DNA of 62,810 nucleotides, filler included, from Kipferlia bialata (Eukaryota): NCBI GenBank assembly GCA_003568945.1. It is 8 parts of 7 records of this genome, joined end to end, with 100 filler letters (N's around TTAATTAATTAA, not from the genome) between each part and the next. Parts side by side here need not be neighbours in the genome. Positions count along the whole stretch, not along the records: positions 30,385 to 42,620 come from BDIP01001114.1; positions 42,721 to 54,932 come from BDIP01001115.1; 6 more parts are not named here. One strand, given 5' to 3'. The notes below the pieces were generated by a model. It was not told the origin of the DNA. It saw nothing but the letters and a program-made list of their open reading frames with translations, and ran no database searches. Position 1 is the stretch's first letter. Each line of letters starts with the position of its first letter. A program made the position numbers and the translations under genes. Positions 40,248-53,600 of the stretch are shown one piece after another.

Positions 40248-42218
40248 ATCTATGTATATATACAATTATACACATTCAATTATGTATTATTGTGTATGTA
40301 TACTTCACCATGTATTGCCTATTGCAGTTTGTACTGCATCTAATCCTTTCTAGTTTATGAGTATTTGTATTGTGACTATTTAGCAGCTAACATCCATATA
40401 GTCTCACCACTCTAGATATATCTCATTTCCAATGATTGTTTAGAGTGTTTTAGCAGTATTTTAGCGGTTCTTTAGCAGCTAAGACCCAGGTAGATGCCGA
40501 GGCGAGGAGGCCTCATACGCTGATGCAAAGGTTAGGGACAAATATTCTATTATATCATCAAATATAGTTATCCATATGTGTATCTGTATGTGTATATTTA
40601 CAATTCCTTTGGAGATTATTAGTGAGGCCTCATACGCTGATGCAATAGTAGACATTCTCCTGTATATACATGAATATGTGCTATAATATCAATACTAAGC
40701 ACTCTATAGTGTTGTTATGAGTAGTATGATACTAAGTAGTAGAAGAATAGTCTGCATATAGTATATGATGTAGTTAAATATATTGAATATCTTACATTAG
40801 GCCGTCGTTGGTTCTCTGTTGAAGCTCCTGTTTTGAAGTAGCACTCTATATATTCATTATTATTCATATTAGCTTAGTATACTATATTGAATATCTTATA
40901 TCAGGCCGTCGTTGGTGCGTTACTTAAGCTCCTGCCTAGAAGCAGCACCTTGCACTCTGCGGCAGTGACAGCTACAAAGACTGGCAAGAAGTACATATAC
41001 TACTGTATATGTGTGTGTATACACTTTTGAGAATGACTATGTGTTTATGACACTCTACACTCTGCGGCAGTGACAGCAACAAAGAGTGGTATAAAGTACG
41101 AATAGTGTAAGATAGTACTGATATTGAATGATTATACATACATGTAGTATATACTATATAGTAGTAGCACTCTACACTCTGCGGCAGTGACAGCTGCAAA
41201 GACTGGCAAGAAGTGAGTGTTCTGTACACTCTCTATGTATACATATTCACTAATCTATTATGCGACACACCTCAATATACTATGTACTGTGTAGGTAGTT
41301 GAGTGGCTATAGACATCTTATAATATACATAGACAAGACATCTTATAATATACATGGACAAGAATGAATATTGTAACTAATCCAACCCCGAAGGGCAGAG
41401 CTGGTCTTGAGAGTATTATGTATATATATATATATATATCAATAGTATTCTTATGATTTCTTCATATATACATTGTAACTAGCCTAACTCGCATTTCGTA
41501 TCTATAAGCTAACTCGCTATACACAAAGGCAGAGCTGGGTTGAGGGTGCCCTTCAGGCCATGAAGTGTATATACTAATATTTTCGTTGTATTATATAACT
41601 TGTATATAGCTAATCATGTCGTTTGTAGAATTGACAATTAGGCCCAAGGGAAGGGCAGGCTTAGAAGGTGCCCTCCAGGCTGTCAAGACAGCCAGTAAGA
41701 AGCAACCGGTAGACAGGTACTATACTATCACAGAAGTGTATATAGAACACTTTGATTAGACCAAGACAGCCAGTAAGAAGCAACCGGTAGACAGGTACTA
41801 TACTGTAGTAGAAGGATATATAGGACACTTTAATTAGACCAAGACAGGTAATTTGATAGGATTGGAGTATGTATACTCCATGCATTTATGTATGTAGATA
41901 TACACTATATGCTAAAAGCAGCGGTGGACAGGTATTTATAGTTATATCATCTGACTATACTATACTCTACTATAGTAGATATCTATACCCATAGGTATAC
42001 ATGATAGTTTCGGCCGCGTTATCAGAGGCAGGCTGCCCTTAGTTTGGTGTGAGTATCCCCTATGTATACTATACATACGGGTATATATAGATAAAACATA
42101 TATAAATATGTCTAATAGAATATATCTAAAGGTACACCTGTTCTAATTCTAGACAGGCTGCCCTCAGGTTGATCTCTGGCGTGGTTGGGCAGGACAAGGC
42201 AGAGAAGACATTAGACAG
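30781..42218 (+). CDS. Hypothetical protein in >20 small exons (35-90 nt); partial at both ends
   Basis: Chain of GT-AG exons, e.g. TSEFLAQSKRLTY|GPPNRLSVHVELPTARPPGVTRDAAGYR|FLCRMERQGLRLAAEE|ACRRRHTPLVTPKPCAIHF|...|DAFLLIVCLAMASAGTEHPISLLIASPEP|...|QAALRLISGVVGQDKAEKTLDR. No family recognised; one or two junctions near 39-41 kb are not phase-resolved. Confidence 0.7.
31113..32101 (+). repeat. Representative exon-echo array: acceptor-side partial copies, full exon 31739-31820, two donor-side partial copies
   Basis: Copies start at 31113 (decayed), 31199, 31379, 31482 and 31598; donor-side copies at ~31919-31967 and ~32053-32101; spacers are (CT)n/(TA)n/(GA)n-rich. Confidence 0.95.
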
Positions 42219-42331
42219 GTGATTATATATACTATATATACACACACATATATATATATAGAGAGGGAGAGAGAGGGTGTGGTTGGGCAGGACAAGGCAG
42301 AGAAGACATTGGATAGGTATTGAATATATAC

Positions 42332-42362
<31 letters not shown>

Positions 42363-42439
42363 TGAGAGAGAGGTGTGGTTGGACAGGACAAGGCAGAGAA
42401 GACATTGGATAGGTATATATACCCATCTATATATATATG

Positions 42440-42474
<35 letters not shown>

Positions 42475-42569
42475 GTTGTGGTTGGGCAGGACAAGGCCGA
42501 GAAGACATTGGATAGGTATAGTATATATACTATAGGTTATACATATGAATATATATATATTTATTTATT

Positions 42570-42620
<51 letters not shown>

Positions 42621-42786
42621 NNNNNNNNNNNNNNNNNNNNNNNNNNNNNNNNNNNNNNNNNNNNTTAATTAATTAANNNNNNNNNNNNNNNNNNNNNNNN
42701 NNNNNNNNNNNNNNNNNNNNTTCTTAATTTTTAGGTTTTGTTTTTCCCCCCCCCCCCCCCCCCTTCCCCATCGGCCTCACCCCTAG

Positions 42787-45700
42787 TAAGCTGATCCCTG
42801 GCAGCCCCCTCAGACTGATAGGTGCTAGGGCCAAGCCACCCAGATCGGGACCATCTCTCTCATACTCAGTGTGTGAGATGAAGGTATGGTATAAATATTC
42901 TCTCCCTCTTACTTTGCATACTGTCAGTGTGTTCCAGTCTTACCTCAGGGCTATGGCAACACCCTGTGCTCGAGTGAGTATGACGGCATGGCCCTACCCA
43001 CCGTGGAGGAGGGGGAGGGAAAGAGGGAGAGAGAGAGGGAGAGGGAGAGGTCCAAGTCTAAGAAGAGGAAGGGACACAGCAGGAGTAGCAGCAGAACTGG
43101 CCACAGGGACAGGGACAGAGACAGAGAGAGGGAGAGAGAGCCAGAGGAGGAGAGTACTAAGAGCCAGGACCCCCTGACATCTAGGCCTGGCCGCATGGTC
43201 TACCCCCAGTCCACTCACTCCCACTCCTCCCATCACAAGAGGCACGGTCGCTCCCACTCCCACGCCCCCCCTCCCTCCCCCCCCATCTTCACCCCTGGCC
43301 TTGGTCTAGTCCCCCCCTTTGTGGGTGTGTCCCCCCAGGGCAGGGTGTGTGGGGTAGGGGCAGTGGTGGGGCAGGGCATGGCGGGGGTGGAGTGGCAGGG
43401 GGTGGGGTCTGCCTTGCTACCTCTGGACACAGACACCCTCAGCCCCACCTACACTGCCTCTGTCAGTAGTATCAGAGTGGCATACCCAGAGGAGACATCC
43501 ATGCAGAGTGTCAGGGACACACTCATAGCCAATGCTAGGTGGGTGCATGTAGTGATTGTATAATGACCCATGCATACATACTCTTTGGATACTTACCCCA
43601 GAGCAGCCATTGGCCAGCCCCGCGCCCGGCTGAACTGCACCATCAATGACATGTGGGTGAGGGTGGGTGTGCACAATGGCCTGGGGTGGGTGGGGACACC
43701 TGTGGCAGTGCCCATGAGGAGGGAGAAGGACAGAGACAGGGAGAGGGGCAGAGGGAGAGACAGGGAGAAAGAGGGTCTCTGCCTGGTGCCCGACACCAAG
43801 GTATTGCTAGTATATACATCTTTGAGTCACTCCCCCCCCCCTCACCCCCTAGGAGATTGACAGGCTGAGGGATGCAGCAGGTGTTGACATTGCTGATGAC
43901 CTCGCAGTACTCATGGGGGTGCCATGTGCTCCAGGTATGGGTATATATATATATATATACATAACATTTTGAGGATTATATATATTGTGTTATGGGGGTG
44001 CCATGTGCCCCAGGTATGGGTATATATATATATATATATATAGTATTTTTAGGATTATATATATTGTGTTATGGGGGTGCCATGTGCTCCAGGTATCGGT
44101 GTTTATGATTATATATATATATATTTATAACAATTTACTTCATCTCTCCCCTCACCCCCCAGGTGTGTGCATCCTGGCCGATGTCTGTGTCTCTGCCGGT
44201 GTGGTTGGGCCCAGTGATGTGGTGCTGTCTGAAGACGTGCCTGTCTCTCTAGGATGGTGTGCACTGCCTGTCACAGCTCAGCAGCCACAGCAGCACCAGA
44301 TACCAAGGTGGGTGTGTATGTATATTACGGATCCTTACATAGTGTTGATACTCTCTCTCTCCCTCTCACCCCCAGAGACACCCACTCAGACGATGAAGGA
44401 AGTGACAGCTACAGGGATAGCGACAGAGACAGAGACAGAGACCGTCCCCCCTCTGGCCCTGCCGCCACCCCCTACCCCCTTGACTCCTTCTGCTGTAGAC
44501 TCACCACATCCGGTGTCCCAGCCCCCTTTGGTCTCAGGCCTCTGACTGTGCCCCTGGATCAGGAGGCAGAGGAGGACATGGACAGGACATCAAGAAGTAG
44601 GCCCGGCAGCAGGTGTGGGGAGTTGTTACATGTACATACAGTCTGTAACTACATAACACAACTGTCTCTAACTCAACCCTTAGGGCTGACCATGGCCGGC
44701 CGTCCAGTAGGACCAGAGGCAGGAGGGACAGGGACAGGGACAGTGAGGAGGGGGCAGACTCGGACCGAGAGGGAGAGGAGTCCAGTGACACCCCCCCCTC
44801 TGCACTGCCCAGTAGTGTAGAGTATGCAGTGCCTAGGCTGACTGTGTCTGTGGCATATGCCAGGACTGAGGCAGCTGAGGCTGTGCCCCTGCCAGACCCT
44901 GAGGGCAGTGCATCCCTCGCAGACTCAGGTGGGCAGTGGATGTGGAAGCATGTCATTCGAGTATTCATATTAGTGCCACTACTCCCTCACACCCAGGCCA
45001 CTCCGAGAGATCCTCTGATGATGGAAAGGGAGAGGACAGAGACAGAGACAGAGAGAGAGACAGGGATGGGAAGAGGGAGAGAGACAGGGATAGAGACAGA
45101 GACAGAGAGAGAGAGAGGTCCAGTAGCAAGGGCCGTTCCAGGTCTAGACGCCACAGCAGAAGAGGCAGCACTATCCCTGAGGAAGATGATGGAGAGAGAG
45201 AGAGGGATAGAGAGAGAGAGAGGCAGAAGGAAAGGGAGAGAGAGGAGACTCTCGAGCGGGAGAGAGACCTCGAGGAGAAGAGGGAGAGGGAGAGGGAGAG
45301 GGAGAGGGAGGACTCCAAGCGCCACAGGCACAGACACAGGCACAGAGACTCTGAGCCTCCCTCCCCCGACTCCAAGGAGACCACCCCCGACGGGGTAGAG
45401 CCCCCCTCGCACCTGTCTGCCCCGTCCTCACCCCCTGTCAGTGACAGTGGCCTAGGGTACAGCCCAGTCACAGTCATGGCACAGTTCGATGTGCAGGGAG
45501 GGGAGGGAGAGGGAGAGTCCAAGGAGAAGGAGACACCCTTTGAGCCATCGGCTGAACTGGCACCGCAGCAGAAGGGAGGGAGGGCCCCCCACGAGGCATC
45601 CTCCCCCCTGCCCCCCTCTGTGCCGCATAGGCAGAGTGGCCTGCCCACCCCTGCCCCTCTTGATCATCTGGTGTCAGTGCCCCTAGCCCACAGACACATA

Positions 45701-47383
45701 CCCACCCCCGGTGACCAGAGGCCCCCCATGCCGCACTCTCTCTCCTCTGCTCCCACACCCAGCCAGGGACAGGGGGAGGGGGAGAGAGAGAACTGGCTGG
45801 CACTGAGGGTGGACACCGACACTCTGATATCCCCCCACCTCAGATGCAGACTGGTAGTGACAGGTGATGGGGCAGAGGGAGTGTCCTTCAGCAAGGTGAT
45901 ACTGTCTGTGGAGGAGGGGCCTGGGGAGTCGATGCTGCTCCCGTTCCCACCCTCCCTTCTACACACTGTACACGACGCCACTCTCTATATCGAGGACACC
46001 ACCCTTGGCATGCCCTGTACACTGTGTAGGGGCACAGTGCAGTCCCTGGCCTCACCAGCTGCCACCATAGTCTGCCACTCTGTCTATGCCAGTGCCGATG
46101 CATACCTCACAGCTAGCAGCACCCTGCAGACTGTGGATAGCAGAAGGAGTGTCAGTGTGAGTCTGGAGCTGGTGGCCCTGCCCCTCACTGGCCCCTCCCC
46201 CCTCCCACCCCCCATCAACGGAGGCCACCTTCTAGCCACCCCCCCTACCCCTACCCTAGATGCCTTGAGTGCATACTTAGGCCTAGTGAGAGAGGGCAGA
46301 GAGGCCATGCAGACCCAGGGGGAGAGGAGCTACACGGACACCGTGGCGGCATACAGACAGTGCGTGCTGGGGCTGCGGCCTGACCTAGTGGTGGGTGTGC
46401 GGGATGGTGAGACCGTAACCATCCCCCACCACTTTGGGTCATACCCCGCCACCCTGGTGGTACCGTCCCCTGTGCTAGGACTACTTACACACATGGGTGT
46501 CAAGGTTACGCCCTCTCCTGTGCTGGCCACCTCATCTGCCCCCAGTCCCTACATAGACTGCCAGGCCTCAATCACCCTGGCCGAGCCAGAGACACAGCTC
46601 ACACTCAAGTAGGGGGACACTGCATACTGATACACAGTAGGATATATTTCTGTCAAATGTTTATTTTTATACAATCACCTAACCCCTTAGATATGACACC
46701 ACTGTGGGTGTGACCCCCCAGCTAGGCAGTGAGGGCAGTGGGTCTGTGCTCATACCCTTCGGCAAGGGTCTGTGTGTCGAGGTTGTCACCCAGCCACACT
46801 CCTTGTACTTCAGATGCCCAAGCACAGCTACCTGCTCCCTGCTCAGGTGTGTACACATACTACATTTATGACACTAACTTCTAACTACTCTCATACACAA
46901 ATGCCTCACTCCCAGGTATGGGGGTGGTGGTGGCTCCAGGGAGTCCTGGGTCCAGACATCCCCATCCAGCAATGGCCTCAGCAACCCTCTGGGGGATGGC
47001 AGTGCAGGGGTCCAGATGCCCCAGGTACAGATACTATTATTCACAGTCATGCCACCTTTTACCAAGAATCCCTTGGTATTCCTCTCACCCCCCAGGTCTT
47101 TGCCACGTCGTGTGTCCCTGCCCAGGTGGGTGTCACCATGCTCAGAGACATGGCCAGGGTGTCACCATATGTCATCATACTAGATAGTGTATATATACTG
47201 ATACTGATACTGATACCCAGGTGAGTGTCACCATGCTCAGAGACATGGCCACAGCTGGGGTGGGGGCAGGGGCAGGAGGCATGGGGACCAATACCAAGGG
47301 GCAGGACATGCTCGGTACAACACTCGGGAAGGTACATCTATCATATTTTTGAATACCGTAGATTTATTGAGAGATTCACACGA

Positions 47384-47438
<55 letters not shown>

Positions 47439-48697
47439 AATCCCAGGCCAAGGGCACCGCCCTAGAGCTCAGTGTCTCCATGCCCAGGCAGGTGCTGAAC
47501 AGCCTTGACACATCCACAAAGGTATGTAGGAGTGCACAGTTCGTTTCTATCAATTGCCTCCATTTCTCTTCTCACTCAGGGCTGGGCCAGCATTGAGGGC
47601 ATCCAGTACTACGTGACCCCTGGCACCCTGACAGACATTGTGCTGATACCCACACCGGTCGACATCAGGTATGTTTATATATATATATATATACATTCAT
47701 ATTTTTTAGTGTGTGTGAGTGTATGTGTATATGTTTCCATGTATCTATCTATAGCCTTTAGTCCTGTGCATTCACTGACCTTACCCCCAGGGACAGTGTG
47801 ACCAATGCCCTTCTCTCTAGCGTGGTTGTGGTGTTTGTGCACTGCCCGAGTCTGTCTCTCTCCCTGGCTGCTGGGGAGACACTCAGCCTTGGGACACTCT
47901 CCCCACCCACCCCTCTGCCACCCACCCTACCACTATCCAGGTATGTGCACTCTCTCTGTGTATGGCAGTTGACTCCTTATACCCTCCTTGCTACTCCCCT
48001 CACCGTGTAGGTTCAACCTCTCTCCCCCCATCCCTGGTAGCATCACCGACCCCTCCCTGCTATGTCCTGTCAGACCAGGCACATACGCATCGATGCTCAG
48101 ACACATCAGGCAAGGGAATAGTAGTTATAGATACGTACAGTATAGTATTTTGTATAGTGTACTGATACTGGTACGCAAATCCATGCTCAGACACATCAGG
48201 TCAGGGACCAGCATTATATAGTCTGATACACACTCTCACACATACACTCATCTCTCACCCTCAGGGAGGAGGATGGCCGTGTGTACGTGGCTGCATACAA
48301 TGTGGTGCTGGCAGTGTCTGCCCCTAGATCCGTGTCACACAGGTACAGTGTGTTCCATTCTGCGTACGCTTCTCTTCATGAACGTATACCGTTTCTATTC
48401 CAACCCCCCAGATACCCTGTGTCCCTTAAGGCTGGCGTTGCCTCCAAGAAGAAGCTCCCCAAGTTCTCCTTCTCCACCGAGCCCCTCTCCGTTGATGTGT
48501 CCCACCCCGAGCTGCTCTCTGTCTCCTTTGCCCCCGAGCCCTCTGGCGACGGGTCAGGCTGGGTCGCCAAGATCACACTCAACTTCAAGGCACAGACGCT
48601 GCTGAACCTTAAGACGTCCTGCTACCTCTTTGTGAGGGGGCCCAACTACCAAGTGCTCGACTCATACTGTCTGGCTCTCACCTACAAGGCAGCATAA
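42787..48697 (+). CDS. NPHP4: Nephrocystin-4-like ciliary transition-zone protein, 5' partial
   Basis: WVRVGVHNGLGWVGTP matches the NPHP4 RVGVHNGLGFV motif. The C-terminus (SHPELL...ITLNF...YLFVRGPNYQVLDSYCLALTY*) parallels the NPHP4 terminal domain (DHPELL...IGLQF...LIYIND...EAFCVKVIY). Comparison is from memory, not an alignment. Confidence 0.8.
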
Positions 48698-48921
48698 ATG
48701 TATGATTAATCATCATTGATGATTTTCTCCATTTCTATTGAGTGGTTGGGTTAGATAACACTCTAGTCATATGTACTATTCCACACTCAATCTTGCGTGG
48801 GCGAGCAAGCAAGTATCTCTCCACAAGGGGGGGGGGGGTATGCAGTGGAGTAGTGGTGGAGAGAGGTGTGCTCAGAGGTCAGGGTGTAAAATGAGGGTGG
48901 AGTGGAGAGAGAGGTTACTGG

Positions 48922-50259
48922 TTACATATGAACCCCCCACCCCCTTCCTCGTTGACGACCTGGGAGGTGCCTGTGGCCTGTCCCTGCATGTCCCTGACTG
49001 TCTGCATGTCCCTGACTGTCTGCATGTCCCTGTCTGTCNNNNNNNNNNNNNNNNNNNNNNNNNNNNNNNNNNNNNNNNNNNNNNNNNNNNNNNNGCATGT
49101 CCCTGACTGTCTGCATGTCCCTGACTGTCTGCATGTCCCTGACTGTCTGTCTGAGCCTGGTGATCTCTGCCTCCTGGGCCTCTAGGACAGATGCCACATG
49201 GGGCAGGACAGGGTCAGTGAGGGGGGAGGATGCGATGGCAGAGTTCGGCACATTGAGTCTGGTGAGAAGTGAGGTCAGGGCACGTCTCTCGAGGGCTGCC
49301 TCCTGCTCTATAAGACTCTCTCCCTCTCTAGAGGGTTCCACCAGTGTACCCACTGGGAGCTGCCCCACCACCATCTCATAGAATCCGCACAGGAGAAACG
49401 TATCGGGGCTGATGAGACAGGCTCTGCTGTAGCCGAAAGAGGAAGGCAGGTCGCCCCCCTGCCTCCAGTGGAGGCTCCACTGCTTGGTCATGGTGTTGTA
49501 CACATGCACACCCTTCCTGGAATGGTATCCCCCAAGGATATGGATCTCACTCCCCACACCCACAGTGTGGGCCACACACCCGCAAGAATGTGTCTCGAAG
49601 GGCAGATCTGCCTCTCTGTGCCATCCCTGAGAGAGAGAGAAGGTGCGGTGCAGCATGTGATTCTTGCCCTCATCACCAATCATGTGTGCAACATCCCCCA
49701 CCACCACTGTAGAACACCTGCCCAGTCTACCACCCATACCCTGCAGCCGGGTCCACACACCAGTCTCAGGGTCATAGCACCAGAAGTCACTCACTGTGTG
49801 GCCACCTACTATGTACAGCTTGCCACCCAGGCAGAAGGAGGAGTGACAGAATCTAGGCTCTGGCCAGTGCCCACTCTTAGGCACCTGGCGCCACGTCTGG
49901 AGATCGATGGAGTATGCATAGAGGTTGTCTGCGTTGGTGTGCCCACCAAACATGTAGACTGTGTCCCTAACACGGGTGGCAGGCACGTACGTGATGTCGG
50001 CACTTATAGGGCACTCTATCACCTTGGACGTGACCCTGCCTGTCCCAGGGTCTAGGGTGACCAGCATGCAGTTGGGGTATGGGTTGGCCCGGTTCTTACC
50101 CAGCAGCAGAGCCTGGTAGGCATCATTGCGACCCATGATGTTGGGTGCAGGTATCTGGCCACCATCTGTTAGGGTGCCTACGTACACCATGGCTGGTCGA
50201 GAGCCGCACGTGAACCCCACATCCACTGTCCTATACACCGTGTCTGCAGTGCCTGTCAT
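48922..50259 (-). CDS. Kelch-repeat protein with C-terminal coiled coil and (VRDMQT)n repeat
   Basis: Intronless ORF with kelch repeats (VYMFGG...YSIDLQTW; PEPRFCHS...LYIVGG...YDPETGVW; IHILGG...YNTMTKQW); the 3' end crosses an N gap. Confidence 0.85.
   Translation of the reverse strand: MTGTADTVYRTVDVGFTCGSRPAMVYVGTLTDGGQIPAPNIMGRNDAYQALLLGKNRANPYPNCMLVTLDPGTGRVTSKVIECPISADITYVPATRVRDTVYMFGGHTNADNLYAYSIDLQTWRQVPKSGHWPEPRFCHSSFCLGGKLYIVGGHTVSDFWCYDPETGVWTRLQGMGGRLGRCSTVVVGDVAHMIGDEGKNHMLHRTFSLSQGWHREADLPFETHSCGCVAHTVGVGSEIHILGGYHSRKGVHVYNTMTKQWSLHWRQGGDLPSSFGYSRACLISPDTFLLCGFYEMVVGQLPVGTLVEPSREGESLIEQEAALERRALTSLLTRLNVPNSAIASSPLTDPVLPHVASVLEAQEAEITRLRQTVRDMQTVRDMQTVRDMXXXXXXXXXXXXXXXXXXXDRQGHADSQGHADSQGHAGTGHRHLPGRQRGRGWGVHM
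48984..49148. repeat. 18-bp coding tandem repeat (ctgcatgtccctgactgt)n spanning an N gap
   Basis: About three units visible on each side of the gap; encodes TVRDMQ on the minus strand. Confidence 0.9.
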
Positions 50260-50680
50260 GGACTAGGTCCTAGACTCTAGTATCAGTATGGCAGTACTGG
50301 GTGGAGGGGCCTCTCCGCTATCACTCTCATCAGTCGACATCGTGTACGCAGGGTCAACAGCTGGGGGGTGATGGTAAACAGTGAGTGTCATGTCGATACA
50401 CGACTTCTCACACCTTTGAGACACATTTGGAGAAAACTAGGGGAACCCTGAAATGGGATGTTTCACAGGTGTCTAGGCCTAGTAAATTGACTCATAAATG
50501 TACCTACAATTCTCTCTTTACACAAAATAATAACAACAAGTGCAGTTCTATTGCTATATATGGGTTAAAAAGAGTGGCTAATGAACAGACCACTTAAGAT
50601 ACAACATAGGTACGTCTGATAATGAAAGATTCGAACCCAATATATGTTTGGGCACATAGCCCTGAAACACTCTTGCTCCC

Positions 50681-53600
50681 TTAGCTCTTGGCCAGCATGT
50701 TGTAGATCATGTCCTGGATGCCCTGCAGATCATCCTGGGGTGAGTAACTCGGTTGGTGACAAGGCTCACTAGATAGTGGAATATATGTGTCTGTACCAAT
50801 GATACTCTCCATACCTGCTTCTCCTTGCCAATTACTGCTTGATATCACTCATACCATCATATCTATACACATATATATATATACAAATCCACCGCACCTG
50901 CTTCTCCTTGTCCTGGTCATCAATTGCTATCCCTCATACAATCATATATATACATGTATATAGTATATAGAAATGATACACTCCATACCTGCTTCTCCTT
51001 GTCCTGATCCATCTCGCCCAGTGTCCTCATGTGCAGCTCTCTCTTTGAGTTGGCTATGGCCACGATGGCCTCATCGACAGTACCCTTGCAGACAAGGCGG
51101 TACACATCTACACTGCGGACCTGGTATTAGTACACCCCAGATACCAATCATTGCATACCGATAGATACTAGAATGCCCAACTGTCATATAGAACAATACA
51201 CACACATCCCCACCTGCCCTATCCTGTGGCACCTGTCCTCTGCCTGGATTGCATTGATACNNNNNNNNNNNNNNNNNNNNNNNNNNNNNNNNNNNNNNNN
51301 NNNNNNNNNNNNNNNNNNNNNNNNNNNNNNNNNNNNNNNNNNNNNNNNNTATATACATATATCCCCACCTGCCCTATCCTGTGGCACCTGTCCTCTGCCT
51401 GGATGTCTCCAGTCGGGTTGAAGTCTGGGGTGGGTGTGGGAGAAGACAGTATACATATATGCACACACATATACATTGCACCACACATGTGCCTACCTAC
51501 ATCCAGGAACACTACATAAGGATACTGTATCATATATGCATACCTGCATCCAGGAACAGGACCACACTGGCAGATACCAGGTTGATACCAAGGCCACCTG
51601 CCCTGGGGGGTCAGAGGGAGACGTAGATACATACTACCATTGAGACTTCCGACCACCAATCCAGTGTCACTATCACCCACCTCGTTGTGAGCATCATGAC
51701 TGCAGTGTCGTCATTGTCCTCGGCATTGAAGTCATCCATGATGGTCTGGGGGTTAGAGGTGAAGAGGGATAGGAAAGAGGTACCACAAGGTGTATTAATA
51801 TATATAGGCACTATGATACTGTTGAAGTCGTCCATGATGGTCTGGGGGTTAGTGGATGGGATAGAGTGTAACCAAACACAGACATATATACGTATAGAGA
51901 ATAACACTACGGGAGCACTATAGTCATCCATAATGGTCTGGGGGGTTAGTGTCAGAGTAAAGAAGAGGGACTATATATGCATAATGATACTATGATAGTA
52001 CTGAAGTTATCCATGATGGTCTGGGAGGTGAGGTACTACTATTACAAGTGTCAGGTCTATTAATAACTACACTCATCCGTACCTGTCTCTCCTCCGTTGG
52101 CACTGACCCATCAATCCTGGTGTGTCTGATGCCCTGGTATCAGTCAGTGTCAGATGCTGATATATGTATACACTCATATATACCCATACCTTGTTGTCTA
52201 GAACAGACTCAGCGATGTCAGTATCAGATACTGATACATGTATACATATATATATGCATGTATATACACACCTTGTTGTCCAGGACAGACTCAGCAATGT
52301 CCAGGACAGACGTGAACTGGGAGAAGACTAGCACACGGCGCTTGTCCTTGGGCTGGGGTGAGAGAGATATACTGTATAGTATCCACATGTTGGGCACTAT
52401 ATGTATCAGACTGTCCCCTGTACCTTTCTGGATGTGTACACCCTCTCCACTAGATCCAGCATGGCCTGGTACTTGGCACTGTCGCTGGGGATGAGAGATA
52501 TGTATATTCATACCATAAATTCATACTGCATGTAGATATACAAGCAGTACAAGTATGAAAACATCTTGGCCTGGTACTTGGCACTGTCGCTGGGGGTGAG
52601 GAAGGGGTATCTTACATCAGATGGGTGTACGATCAGAGAAGCCACAGCTTGATTCAACAAGTCCCGACCTGACAGACAGCCTGTCCCCCAGGGCCAGGTG
52701 GGATATGCACCCATTCAGCATGTCGGCCTGGGGTTAGGATAGGATTCACCCACTATACACTCAATACTAGAATGTGGCATATATACAATATACATGCACG
52801 TACCTGACACATTGCACTGATCTCGTGGTCTGACATGGCCATCACAGTCTCCAGGACTAGGTCTCTGGGCAGAGTGACCAGGGGGTCAGGGGGGAGGGCA
52901 CGGGCTACAAACCTAGGGGGTGAGGGACAGTAACCGAAACCAATGTATATATGTGATACCAACACTATACCTGAACGGCCCGACTCCCGTGTCGTTGCTC
53001 TTCTTCTGTCTGACCCCCTCAGCATATGCCTCATAGGGTGTCAGCACCTTCTGCTTGAGGTGGCCTGGACATCAGTGTATGTATAGAGAAGTTGTAGTAG
53101 TACTAGAAGAGTACACTGATACCTAGGTAGAACCCTGCCAGGATGTATGAGATGTCCCCTGACATCTTGCGTCTCTTCCTCTTCTTGCTCCTGACACTCC
53201 CATCGTCTGGGACATAGGCACTCTCAATCAGGGTGTCCACAATCTGCTCACACCTGGCGTCAGTGCATAGGATATGCTGCACTACTGTATATGATATATA
53301 GACATATGTATATGCTGCACCCACCTCTCCCTGGTGTATCTGATCCTGAAGAGGTGGGGGTGGTTACTGGCCTTCCTGAGGGACATGAACACATTGTTGA
53401 ACAGCCTCATGCCAACTGCCTTGCCAGTCAGGTCCTTGTGCTGGTTGATCCTGAGGTCAGGGGGGGAGGGGGTATATGGTGAATAATACAAATATGCAAA
53501 GTGGACCCTGGTAATATACATACATATCCATACAAACATACCTAGCTGCGAACTCCTGCATGGCGGATGTCTTGTCAGAGGCAGGGGTGAGGGAGGTAGA

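Noticed and set aside
50263..50265. TAR=Gln alternative genetic code
   Set aside because: ARF, NPHP4 and the SNF2 gene end at TAA in the expected positions, and conserved exons have no internal TAR.
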